From positions 1 through 62,690 of the IMG/VR virus record IMGVR_UViG_3300048915_000098: 62,690 nt of DNA; one strand, given 5' to 3'. The position numbers and the translations under genes were made by a program. Positions 50,283-58,343 of the stretch are shown here, in pieces. Numbering within the stretch: the first letter of the stretch is position 1; every line of letters starts with the position of its first letter. This stretch comes from a virus. The notes under the pieces were generated by a model, which was given only the letters and a program-made list of their open reading frames with translations, was not told where the DNA came from and made no database searches.

Positions 50283-52481
50283 TCAGGCGGCGGCTTCGGC
50301 CAGCGACTGGTTGATGAGGTCGGACTCCTGCGGCTGGTTGGCCGCGGGGTCGGCGGCGCCCGGGTACGGGTCGGCCGGCTGCGGGATGCCGCCATGGAAC
50401 TGGTGGGCGACGTCCAGATTGATCTGCGTCGCCTTGGACTTGGCGAGCTCGGCCTGCGCGGAGTCGAGGACTGCCTTGGCCTGGTCGTGCTGCGCGCTGG
50501 CGGCCAGCGCCTGCGTCTTGGCGGCCTGCTCCTGCGCCGCGGCGGCAGCCTGCTGGGTGGCGACCTGCTGTTGCTGCTGCTGCCAGGCTTGCGCACCTGC
50601 GCGATCGCCCGTGACTGGCAGACCCGCCATCCGGCGCATGTCGTCGGCCGCCTGCTTGCGGCCCGGGCCCAGGGTCGTGTTGTTCTCGACCCACATGGGC
50701 ACGAGCACGGTGGCCTGCGGCGTGCCGGCCAGCGCGCGCACCATGTCGCCGATCTGCTGGCTGGCCTGCATCTGGTAGGCCGGCGATGCAGGAACCTCGG
50801 ACAGCCCGACGTTCAGCTTCATGTCCTTGACCTGGTTCATCGGCTTGGACTGATCGAGCGCCGGCTGCCCGGTCCGCGGATCCACCACCGGCTGGCCGTT
50901 CTGGTCGACCAGCGGCTCGAAGGTGTTCAGTACCACCACACGGCGCGAGTCGCCGGCGCCGATGGCGACCTGCATGTTCGGCTCCATGCAGTCCTCGGCG
51001 ATGAGGTCGAGGAGCGCTTCGAACACGGTGTTGCGCGCCAAGCCGTAGTTGTCGTTGAGCTCGCCCATGGCGATCTGGCCCTGCTCCACGAGCGAATTGA
51101 TCGCGATCCCCGACGTGACGCCGGCCGGAGCGTTTCCGAGCTGCGTCGCGTAGACGCCAGGCACGTCCTGGATCAACTGCTTGGCGTCCTGCATCACCTC
51201 GAACTGCTCCTGCTGGAGCTGCATCGAGTTGCCGATCTTGATGCCGTCGATGTTCTTCCGGCCCGGATTCGTCACCAGGAGCATGTCCGGGCGCATGGCG
51301 TTCTCGGCCAGGTCGGCGATGTTGTTGTACTTGCTCTCGAGGGCGTCCGAGTCGACCTGGATCTGCTGGGCCTTGAGCATCCACTGAATGCGCAGGCGCC
51401 GCTCGTTGTACTCGTCCTGCGGGTCGAGCATCCCGTGCACCAGCCCGTAGGGGGTGTTGTCCTGGTCGTCGCGGAAGGCGAAGAACGGGATGTAGGGGAA
51501 GTCGAGCTTGGTAGTCGCCACGTCCATGATCCGGAACGGGCCGGCGAACAGCGACATGCGCACCTGGTCGGTGATCTTCTTTTCGATCTGCACCGTGCCG
51601 CGCGACACCGCGGCGACGTGGTACGGGTTGTCTTCCTTGTACTGCACCCAGCGCGGGCCGATCCGGATCATGACGATCTCGGCGGGCACGCGGTACCAGA
51701 CCTCGTAGAACTTCAGGCGCTGGCGGATGCCGTCCAGCCACTCCGAGCGGCGCACGCCGAAGTTCTGGCAGTCGTTGTACGCCTGGTGAAAGCGCGTCTC
51801 GAACGAGAACTGGAAGTCGGCGATCGCTCCCTGCCAGTTGTTCATGGCCAGGTCGAACACGTCGGCAAACTGCGGCATGCTCGCCTTGGCGACGTCCAGG
51901 TCGACCCAGCGCGCGCGGCACAGCCAGCGGGCGTCGCGCAGCAGGATGTGCTTGGCGCGCCAGTCCCAGAAGATCTCCGAGCGGTGAACCTCCTGCACCC
52001 GGTACGGGAAGCGCCGCGGGTCGGCCACGCGGGAGACTTCGACCCAGCCGATGCCGGCCGACACCTGCGAGGCGTAGGCGTTGGAGATCGCCATGTCCGT
52101 CAGCGACTCGCGCTGCGCCTGCTTGAGCTTGACGCTCATCACGTCGCAGACGTCGGCCCACTGGTCGTCGTCGGGCTCGAGGTGCGCGTCGCGGCGGTTC
52201 TTGGCCTCGGCGCCCAGCACGCTGCGGATCGTGCGGCCGATCAGGTTGGTGACCCGCGGGACGAGCTTGTTCTTCTCGGCCCACAGACGCTGCTCGGCCG
52301 AGAGCTGCTTGCCGTCGACGTAGGCGCAGCACAGGTCGGCCGTCGACCGCCAAGCCGGCTGCTGCTCGCAGTCGGCCAGCATGCGCTCGAGTTGCCGGAG
52401 CGAATAGCCGCCCTTCGCCCGGTCGCGGTAGGTGTCGACGGCACCCTCGCTGCGGACGGTCTGGACGGGATTCATGCTCAT
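50283..52481 (-). CDS. Portal protein (732 aa)
   Basis: Follows terL. The size and the Gln-rich helical C-terminal extension (AWQQQQQQVATQQAAAAAQEQAAK) fit a portal protein. Confidence 0.8.
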   Translation of the reverse strand: MSMNPVQTVRSEGAVDTYRDRAKGGYSLRQLERMLADCEQQPAWRSTADLCCAYVDGKQLSAEQRLWAEKNKLVPRVTNLIGRTIRSVLGAEAKNRRDAHLEPDDDQWADVCDVMSVKLKQAQRESLTDMAISNAYASQVSAGIGWVEVSRVADPRRFPYRVQEVHRSEIFWDWRAKHILLRDARWLCRARWVDLDVAKASMPQFADVFDLAMNNWQGAIADFQFSFETRFHQAYNDCQNFGVRRSEWLDGIRQRLKFYEVWYRVPAEIVMIRIGPRWVQYKEDNPYHVAAVSRGTVQIEKKITDQVRMSLFAGPFRIMDVATTKLDFPYIPFFAFRDDQDNTPYGLVHGMLDPQDEYNERRLRIQWMLKAQQIQVDSDALESKYNNIADLAENAMRPDMLLVTNPGRKNIDGIKIGNSMQLQQEQFEVMQDAKQLIQDVPGVYATQLGNAPAGVTSGIAINSLVEQGQIAMGELNDNYGLARNTVFEALLDLIAEDCMEPNMQVAIGAGDSRRVVVLNTFEPLVDQNGQPVVDPRTGQPALDQSKPMNQVKDMKLNVGLSEVPASPAYQMQASQQIGDMVRALAGTPQATVLVPMWVENNTTLGPGRKQAADDMRRMAGLPVTGDRAGAQAWQQQQQQVATQQAAAAAQEQAAKTQALAASAQHDQAKAVLDSAQAELAKSKATQINLDVAHQFHGGIPQPADPYPGAADPAANQPQESDLINQSLAEAAA

Positions 52482-52494
52482 TGGCGTTGCTCTC

Positions 52495-54033
52495 TCAGTT
52501 CAAGCCGCGTAGGCGGCGGAATTTGTCGGCGTCGTCGGTCGAAGACGCGAGTGGGATGCCATCAGCGAACGTCATCGCGACCGCGTCGCCCTTGTCTGGC
52601 GAGCGGCCCAGGACTTCGCGGATCTCGTCCTTGTCGCGCACTAGGATCCCGGCGAAGGGGCCCATCTGCACGACCTTGTAGCGAACGGCGCAGAGGTCGC
52701 CGAGCAACTCCTGATCGGGTGGCAGCGCGATCGGCTCCTCTGCCGTCGGATCAAGCGCCTCGCGCATGCGCCAGTACATCTCCGCGCGCAGGTTCTTGAA
52801 CCGCAGCGCGCCTGTCTGATCGGTGCCGTTCGAGCCCTGGGAGCCGACGATGGGCACGGTCTTGATGTTCAGGCCCTTCAGATAGTCGTAGGCCGACGAG
52901 CCGATGCCGATCGAGTCGACGCACACCGGCGCGCCGTTGCGCACATGCGGCGTTACGAAGGCCGCGGCATGTGGTCCATCCTTGGTCATCGCGCCAGGCA
53001 CGGACAGCAACTCGTCGAACCAGTTGTCATGCCGCCGCGCCAGCGTGCTCTTGTCCGTGCCACCGCGCGCCACATCGAAGCCCAGCGAGCGCATCGGGCC
53101 CTTCTTCTCGCGCGGTTGCCAGCGCGCCTGCGCCGCCTTGACCCATTCCGTCGGGATCAACTGCCAGACTGGATCCGACCGGCCCGCCATGAAGTTGCCC
53201 TCGGCCATCTGCGATCGCAGCGGCTCGGGCAGCGCCATCAGCGTGTCGCGGTAGCCGGTCAGCGTCAGGAACAGGTTGTCGTCGACCGAGGAGCGGATGA
53301 AAGTCCGGCTCTTGGGCTTGACCAGCCGACCCTTGACCTTGACCTTGTCCGGCCCTGGAACCTCAAGATCCTTGCCGTCCGCATCGGTGACAAACCACCG
53401 CAGTTCGCCATCCTTGGCTGGATTCGGGTGCATCGGATCGAGCCACGGGGCCCAGAAGCGGACGACCCATTCGCCATCGGCGTCCGTCGGCGGGTTGCCG
53501 GCGCAGATCACTCGCTGACGCACACCCGGGTTGTCGGTACGCATCCAGCCGATCAGCGCCCGGAATTGCGCCTCCAGGAAGTGGCAGATCTCGTCGAAGC
53601 CCTTCAGGTCGTGCGGCCGACCCTGGTACTTCATCCAATCGTCCGGTTCCTTGACTGAACCGAGTTCGAGCACGCGCTTGGTGCCCGGAATGCGCCAGAC
53701 GCCGGTCTGGCTGTTGTAGCCGGTGCGCGAGCCCAGCACCTTCGTGATGCGCTCCTCGAGCCCCACGAGCTGCACCGACTCGCGCCGGAAGATGATCGAG
53801 TGCTCCTGTTGCGTCAGTGCCGCGCCGATCAGAAGGTCGCTCTTGCCGCCGCCGGCCTGGCCGCCATAGAACAGGATGTCCGCCTGCGACGCCAGCGCGC
53901 GCATCTGCGGGCCGACCTGTTCGAGCCAGGGCGGCAGGTCGTCAGTCAGTAGCGCATCGAGCTCAGCGCGATCCTCGTCGGACATGTGCGGCAGCAGCCG
54001 CAAGAGCTCCTGCGGGTCAAGCAGGTTCGACAT
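52495..54033 (-). CDS. terL: Terminase large subunit
   Basis: Walker A FYGGQAGGGKSD and Walker B DLKGFDEI. Start trimmed to ATG 54033. Confidence 0.9.
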   Translation of the reverse strand: MSNLLDPQELLRLLPHMSDEDRAELDALLTDDLPPWLEQVGPQMRALASQADILFYGGQAGGGKSDLLIGAALTQQEHSIIFRRESVQLVGLEERITKVLGSRTGYNSQTGVWRIPGTKRVLELGSVKEPDDWMKYQGRPHDLKGFDEICHFLEAQFRALIGWMRTDNPGVRQRVICAGNPPTDADGEWVVRFWAPWLDPMHPNPAKDGELRWFVTDADGKDLEVPGPDKVKVKGRLVKPKSRTFIRSSVDDNLFLTLTGYRDTLMALPEPLRSQMAEGNFMAGRSDPVWQLIPTEWVKAAQARWQPREKKGPMRSLGFDVARGGTDKSTLARRHDNWFDELLSVPGAMTKDGPHAAAFVTPHVRNGAPVCVDSIGIGSSAYDYLKGLNIKTVPIVGSQGSNGTDQTGALRFKNLRAEMYWRMREALDPTAEEPIALPPDQELLGDLCAVRYKVVQMGPFAGILVRDKDEIREVLGRSPDKGDAVAMTFADGIPLASSTDDADKFRRLRGLN

Positions 54034-54727
54034 CAACCGCCGCGGCCTTCTGGCGCGCACGTTCCAGGATGGTGGCCAGCCGGCTCGCGCGCTCAGCGTC
54101 CGTCAGCGTCTTGCCACCGCCTTCGCCTTGATCGGGGTCGTCGAGCCGGAACGTCACGCGTTCGGCGTCGATGAGCTTCGTGATGGTGTCGGCCAGTGCC
54201 TTAACCCCGGTGATCCGACTTGGAAGGCTGATCGCCCGGTTGAGCGCCTGCCGCAGCTTGTTCTCGTCGGGCTTCTCGTCGCCGGAGCCGCCCAGCATTT
54301 CGGCGATCTGGTCGAGCGTGTCAGCGTGCTCGCTGGTTTGCTGCAGTTCGGCAAGCATCGCCAACGCCACGTCGCGGATCGAGCGCAGGTCTTCGCGGTG
54401 GCGAATCTCGACGCTGGAGCGCACCTCCGCAAGGGCGGCGACGACCTCGGTGGTTGCCGGGATGGCGGTGGCAACCTGTCTGGCAACCGCTTTGGCAACC
54501 GCGCTGCTGGCAACCTTGGAAACCTCGTGCTCGGCCAGCTTTGCCTGGGTGGCGGCCCGAACGGCGCCGGCGAGATCCTTCTGCCATCCAGCCTTCTTGG
54601 CGCGCTTCTGGATGGCCGTGTGGCTGACGCCGTAGCGGGCGCCGAGTTCCCGGTCGGTGAAGTGGCCGGTGCGGTAGTCGCGCTCGACTGCCTCCCAATC
54701 GACGGGCGGCTTCTTGGCTTCGGTCAC
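54017..54727 (-). CDS. terS: Terminase small subunit (N-terminal HTH)
   Basis: FTDRELGARYGVSHTAIQKRAKKAGW is the HTH. Directly upstream of and overlapping terL; GTG start. Confidence 0.7.
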   Translation of the reverse strand: MTEAKKPPVDWEAVERDYRTGHFTDRELGARYGVSHTAIQKRAKKAGWQKDLAGAVRAATQAKLAEHEVSKVASSAVAKAVARQVATAIPATTEVVAALAEVRSSVEIRHREDLRSIRDVALAMLAELQQTSEHADTLDQIAEMLGGSGDEKPDENKLRQALNRAISLPSRITGVKALADTITKLIDAERVTFRLDDPDQGEGGGKTLTDAERASRLATILERARQKAAAVDVEPA

Positions 54728-54903
54728 GAGAACACCACCCAGGCCGCGGCGCCGCCGCAGATGGCTGCGAGGCTGAAGAACAGGTGACTGGCCTTGCCGG
54801 CTTGGTCGATGGGGTCAACGAGTTCGAAGGCGCCGAGCAGGAGGAAGACCAGGCCGACGACAACCATCACCGCGGCGATCCCGATGCGGAAGGGGTAACT
54901 CAT
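54724..54903 (-). CDS. Small two-TM membrane protein (59 aa, below the ORF-track cutoff)
   Basis: My translation: MSYPFRIGIAAVMVVVGLVFLLLGAFELVDPIDQAGKASHLFFSLAAICGGAAAWVVFS. High GC3. Its stop overlaps the terS GTG. Confidence 0.5.
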   Translation of the reverse strand: MSYPFRIGIAAVMVVVGLVFLLLGAFELVDPIDQAGKASHLFFSLAAICGGAAAWVVFS

Positions 54904-55097
54904 TTCGCGTCGGCCCGGGTGACCAGCGGCGGCATGGCGCAGCGGCGCGCGACCTGCAGGCGGATGCGGTGGAGTTCCATGGCGGCCTGAGCCTCGGCGC
55001 GCGCCTTCGGGGCGGTGCGGACGATCCAGTCGAACGGGTTGCCGTCGGTGGCGGGGTCGAAGACGGGCTTGGGCGGCAGGCGCAGGAGGTCGGTCAC
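54900..55097 (-). CDS. Hypothetical protein (65 aa)
   Basis: GTG 55097 overlapping the o-spanin stop (GTGA). Trimmed from the 79-aa ORF. Confidence 0.4.
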   Translation of the reverse strand: MTDLLRLPPKPVFDPATDGNPFDWIVRTAPKARAEAQAAMELHRIRLQVARRCAMPPLVTRADAK

Positions 55098-55363
55098 GGC
55101 TGCACCGCCTTGATGAGGGCGGCCTTGGTGTCCGCGCACTCGTTGTAGGCGCGGCCGAGCTCCACGAGCTTTCGGGTCATGTCAGCGCCCGTCCGCCCCA
55201 GAAGCGGCGACAGCGGCGGGCACGGCTGCGTCAGGCTGGCTGGGATCAGCGGCTGCTCCGGCAAGGGCGGCGTTGATGTTGCGCAGGCCGTCATCGTCGA
55301 TGCACTCGCTGCGATACACAGGGCGCTCCACCACGCGGTCGACGGTCTTGGTGATCGTTGCAT
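55094..55363 (-). CDS. o-spanin (Rz1-like lipoprotein), overlapped architecture
   Basis: Starts inside the i-spanin gene in another frame. Lipobox-like STMTAC, followed by the Pro-rich CATSTPPLPEQPLIPASLTQPCPPL. Confidence 0.6.
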   Translation of the reverse strand: MQRSPRPSTAWWSALCIAASASTMTACATSTPPLPEQPLIPASLTQPCPPLSPLLGRTGADMTRKLVELGRAYNECADTKAALIKAVQP

Positions 55364-55604
55364 AGATGACCTTCTGGTCGGCCTGCTTGGTTGCGAGGCT
55401 GCCGGCGACTTCGTTGTTGCGGAAGTTCAGCTTGGCGATGCGCTCGTGCTCAGCCTGCTGGGCGATGGCTTCGTTCGCCTTCTCGGCGGCGCGCCCCAGG
55501 CCCTCGAAGTGGTTGGCCAGCGCCAGGGCGCCGGCGATGAGGGCGACGAGCGCGACCGCGTAGGCGATCAGCTTCGCCTCGAGCGGGAGGCCGGGCAGGG
55601 TCAC
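55182..55604 (-). CDS. i-spanin (Rz-like)
   Basis: N-terminal TM helix LIAYAVALVALIAGALALA, followed by a charged coiled-coil periplasmic domain. Confidence 0.7.
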   Translation of the reverse strand: MTLPGLPLEAKLIAYAVALVALIAGALALANHFEGLGRAAEKANEAIAQQAEHERIAKLNFRNNEVAGSLATKQADQKVIYATITKTVDRVVERPVYRSECIDDDGLRNINAALAGAAADPSQPDAAVPAAVAASGADGR

Positions 55605-55861
55605 CCGCCCTGCCCCGTCGTCTTGTTGATGGAGTCGGCGATCTGCTGCATGGCGACCTTCTCCAGCGCGGCCTGCGCATCGATCTCGGCCTTCGCGTCC
55701 GCGGCGCCAGGCAGTTTCATGGCAGCGGAGAACAGCGCGTGCGCGGCCTTCAGGGCGTCGGCGCGGGTGGTGCCGCGGCGCTTGTAGAAGACCCAGGCGA
55801 CGGCGACGCCAAGGATGAAGCCGATCAGCACGAAGACGAGGTCGGTGGGGGTGATGGTCAT
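55601..55861 (-). CDS. Single-TM membrane protein of the lysis cassette (86 aa)
   Basis: Trimmed to ATG 55861. TM helix: LVFVLIGFILGVAVAWVFY. Lies between the peptidase and the spanins. Confidence 0.55.
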   Translation of the reverse strand: MTITPTDLVFVLIGFILGVAVAWVFYKRRGTTRADALKAAHALFSAAMKLPGAADAKAEIDAQAALEKVAMQQIADSINKTTGQGG

Positions 55862-55880
55862 GGTGGACTCCGCTCGGCGA

Positions 55881-56285
55881 TCAGCCGATGGTGATGAAGA
55901 CCTGCTCGCCGGCATCGCGGGCCGCCCGGATCTTCGGAAAGAGGACGTTGAAAGCGAGCACGCTGCTGCCCACACCCTTGGGCTGACGGATTTGGCCGAC
56001 GAGGATGCAGCCCTCGGTGTCTGCGGCCGTGTTTCCGGGGTGGATGCGCACGCCCTGGAAATTCGGGACGTCGGCGAGCTCGGGAAGGTCGCGGTTGAAG
56101 TGCGGGCTGTAGGTGACCTCGACCTCATAGCGGCCGGCGGGGATGGCGGTCTGGCCGAAGACCTTGGGCGCGCCCGGCGCGCGGACGGTGTCTTCGCACG
56201 TCCAGCACTCGAAAGCGCCGTCGACCGTCATGGCGCCGATGGTGCAGTCCGGATCGAGCTGCAGGCGGGAGACGCGGATTTCCAT
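55881..56285 (-). CDS. DUF5675-type (YkuD-like) putative cell-wall peptidase / endolysin (134 aa)
   Basis: TAIPAGRYEV...FQGVRIHPGNTAADTEGCILVG carries the His...Cys signature of this family. Confidence 0.6.
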   Translation of the reverse strand: MEIRVSRLQLDPDCTIGAMTVDGAFECWTCEDTVRAPGAPKVFGQTAIPAGRYEVEVTYSPHFNRDLPELADVPNFQGVRIHPGNTAADTEGCILVGQIRQPKGVGSSVLAFNVLFPKIRAARDAGEQVFITIG

Positions 56286-56287
56286 GG

Positions 56288-56512
56288 TCAGGCCGCCTCG
56301 AACTCGCGCTTGGCTTGGGCGAGCTGCGCTTCCAGATCCTGCTCGATGACCTTGAGGGCGCGCAGCCAGGCGTCCTCGGACGCGAGGGAGCAGTAGAAGT
56401 AGGAGAGCTCGGAGCGCGCGCCGCGGCGCTTGGCCATGGCTTGCAACTCGTTCTCCAGCCCGCGAATTCGCTCACTGAGGGCGTTCAGCTTCTCAAGACG
56501 TTCGATGTTCAT
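56288..56512 (-). CDS. Coiled-coil small protein (74 aa)
   Basis: Trimmed from the 243-aa ORF to ATG 56512 (MNIERLEKLNALSERIRGLENEL...). Confidence 0.5.
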   Translation of the reverse strand: MNIERLEKLNALSERIRGLENELQAMAKRRGARSELSYFYCSLASEDAWLRALKVIEQDLEAQLAQAKREFEAA

Positions 56513-56691
56513 CAGAAGCACCCGTAGTTCTGCGGGATGTTGGTGCGGAGCTGCCCGTCGCGGTTCTCCTCGACGCCCTTGGCCGCGCCGGGGCGCTGCT
56601 TCCACTCGGGCTCGACGTCCTTCGGCTTGGGCGGCACCTTCTCGCCCAGCGGCTGGAATCGTTCGGGGTTCAGGTCGTCGGTCGTGCGCAT
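56512..56691 (-). CDS. Small hypothetical protein (59 aa, below the track cutoff)
   Basis: My translation: MRTTDDLNPERFQPLGEKVPPKPKDVEPEWKQRPGAAKGVEENRDGQLRTNIPQNYGCF. GGAG RBS; high GC3. Confidence 0.5.
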   Translation of the reverse strand: MRTTDDLNPERFQPLGEKVPPKPKDVEPEWKQRPGAAKGVEENRDGQLRTNIPQNYGCF

Positions 56692-56852
56692 GGCGTCTCC
56701 AATCCGAGCTGGCGAACAAGCGCGAGGGCTTCGCGCGACTCCTGGGCGATGCCGCGGCGGAACGTGGCGATCCAGGACGTGACGAACGGCTCCGGCCGCG
56801 GCGCGTCATCCGCCGGCTTCTGGGGCTCGGCGTAGACGGGCTGGCGGCGCAA
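56670..56852 (-). CDS. Small hypothetical protein (60 aa)
   Basis: TTG start 9 nt after an AGGAGG RBS, just past the holin stop; high GC3. Confidence 0.45.
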   Translation of the reverse strand: MRRQPVYAEPQKPADDAPRPEPFVTSWIATFRRGIAQESREALALVRQLGLETPCARPTT

Positions 56853-56856
56853 GGGG

Positions 56857-57270
56857 CTACCTCCTCTTGGTACCGGTGGGCCCGGCCAGGACGCCCCACT
56901 TCTTCTCGGCGAAGGCCTCGAAGGCGTTGATGGCCCGAGTTCCCATGTGGCCGGCGACGCCGACCAGGCCGATGGTCACCTTCAGCGAGACGCCGATGGC
57001 GTCGCAGAGCAGGAAGCACAGGAAGCCAGCGAAGGCCGATGTGCAGAGCTCTCCGATCAGGTGCATGAGGCTCCAGCCGGGGACGACACCGGCTTTGACC
57101 TTGGCGATCCAGCTCACGAGGCCTCCCAGCAACGACATGCCCACGATGAACGCCAACGTGTGCAGGTTCAGATCGAGTTCGTCACGCGGCGCGGGCTCGA
57201 CGGCCTGGGCCAGGGTCACCACCATCGCGACGAGGAAGGCAGCAGCGAAGCGCGTGATGGTGCGGCGCAT
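56857..57270 (-). CDS. Holin-like multi-TM protein (137 aa)
   Basis: Trimmed from the 329-aa ORF to ATG 57270. Has 3-4 TM helices. LIGELCTSAFAGF...GLVGVAGHMGTRAINAFE resembles holin superfamily III members. Confidence 0.6.
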   Translation of the reverse strand: MRRTITRFAAAFLVAMVVTLAQAVEPAPRDELDLNLHTLAFIVGMSLLGGLVSWIAKVKAGVVPGWSLMHLIGELCTSAFAGFLCFLLCDAIGVSLKVTIGLVGVAGHMGTRAINAFEAFAEKKWGVLAGPTGTKRR

Positions 57271-57389
57271 TGGTGCCCTCACTTGCAGGTGATGCCCGGG
57301 CCGCGGACTCCCAGCGCCAGCGGCGCCTGGTAGGTTCGCGGCTCGCGGCGATGGCGCCAAAGCACCCGGACGATCCAGACGATCACGGA

Positions 57390-57680
57390 TCAGCCGAACG
57401 CGACGTTCAGGCCGGTGGGGGCCTCGTAGGTCATCACCGGGGGCGGCGGAGGTGCGTCGGCCGGCACGGTGAACTCGATCGAGGCGAAGCCCAGCGGCGC
57501 GCCGTCGGTGTCGTAGGCCTGGCATGAGCCGCTGTAGGCGCCGGCCGGCAGGTCGTACTCGACGATCGTCTGCTTGGTGTCGACGTCGGCCTGGCCCGTG
57601 ACCTTGAACCGGTAGAACCCGAACGAGACTCCGGAGGCCAGCTCCGTCGTCGTGGTGGCGAGCGTGAGGGTGACTTTCAT
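57390..57680 (-). CDS. Small beta-rich protein, first gene after the late-region terminator (96 aa)
   Basis: Trimmed to ATG 57680 with a GGAG RBS. Confidence 0.55.
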   Translation of the reverse strand: MKVTLTLATTTTELASGVSFGFYRFKVTGQADVDTKQTIVEYDLPAGAYSGSCQAYDTDGAPLGFASIEFTVPADAPPPPPVMTYEAPTGLNVAFG

Positions 57681-57690
57681 GGCGACTCCA

Positions 57691-57719
57691 GAAACGACAA
57701 AGCCGCCTCGATGGCGGCT
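57691..57719 (-). terminator. Rho-independent terminator ending the leftward early operon
   Basis: Minus strand: AGCCGCC-ATCGA-GGCGGCT followed by TTGTCGTTTC. Confidence 0.55.
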
Positions 57720-57903
57720 TCGGGTGGAAGATTTTGCAGACGGCTCCGCCACTAAGCGGAGTCTGCGTTTTATTCTGGCCTGGTTCGTCTGTCAGGCTAT
57801 GGTTGCGCTGGTTACTATGCCTGCGGCAAAACCTTCCGTCAAGCAATTCGAGTGCCCAGCCGAGTTCTAGAGCGCAGGCCCTGTGCGCCTCTCCGGCGTG
57901 TGC

Positions 57904-57913
57904 TGTATATAAT
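57904..57913 (+). promoter_or_regulatory. Consensus -10 (TATAAT within tgtatataat), 6 nt upstream of ATG 57920
   Basis: A perfect TATAAT at 57908..57913 in a GC-rich genome. The -35 is weak. Implies a leaderless or near-leaderless transcript. Confidence 0.4.
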
Positions 57914-57919
57914 CACAGC

Positions 57920-58219
57920 ATGTCGTTGGAGCGCCTTCCCCACTACCGCTGGCGCATGCGCAGCCAGACCATCCCCGGCCGAATGGTCACCAGCGAGCTC
58001 ATGACGGAGCGGCAGGCGAAGGCGGCCGATCCTGACGCGGTGCCGCTGCCGGGCACGCTGGAAATGCGGGTGGTCGACGAGGACGAGCCGGAGGCGTTCG
58101 ATCCCTATGACCCGCGGTGGACACGACCTGACCACCGGTGCGCATGCGCTCGGCGATCGGGTGCGGCCCGGGCAACCAGACGCGGTCAGCGTCGAAGCCG
58201 CGTTGAAGTTCGGCCTTGA
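57920..58219 (+). CDS. Plus-strand hypothetical protein (up to 99 aa)
   Basis: High GC3 from 57920 to about 58110 (MSLERLPHYRWRMRSQTIPGRMVTSELMTERQAKAADPDAVPLPGTLEMRVVDEDEPEAFDPYDPRW). The tail overlaps a convergent gene. Confidence 0.45.
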   Translation: MSLERLPHYRWRMRSQTIPGRMVTSELMTERQAKAADPDAVPLPGTLEMRVVDEDEPEAFDPYDPRWTRPDHRCACARRSGAARATRRGQRRSRVEVRP

Positions 58220-58343
58220 GGTCGACGTGCTCGCGAGCGCCGCACCTGCATGCTCGTTCAGCAGGGACGCTGAAGCCATTCCAGGCGGTGTCATCCCAGG
58301 AATGGCGGTGGAGCGCGCGGCGGATACGTTGAATGAGCGTCAT
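57999..58343 (-). CDS. Hypothetical protein (up to 114 aa)
   Basis: ATG 58343 overlaps the upstream stop (ATGA). Good GC3 for about 70 codons (MTLIQRIRRALHRHSWDDTAWNGFSVPAERACRCGAREHV...), then degrades. Confidence 0.5.
   Translation of the reverse strand: MTLIQRIRRALHRHSWDDTAWNGFSVPAERACRCGAREHVDLKAELQRGFDADRVWLPGPHPIAERMRTGGQVVSTAGHRDRTPPARPRRPPAFPACPAAAPRQDRPPSPAAPS

Noticed and set aside
49191-52799. 1,202-aa plus-strand ORF
   Set aside because: It is antisense to the scaffold and portal genes. The composition is Arg/Gly/Leu-rich, with no RBS and no domain.
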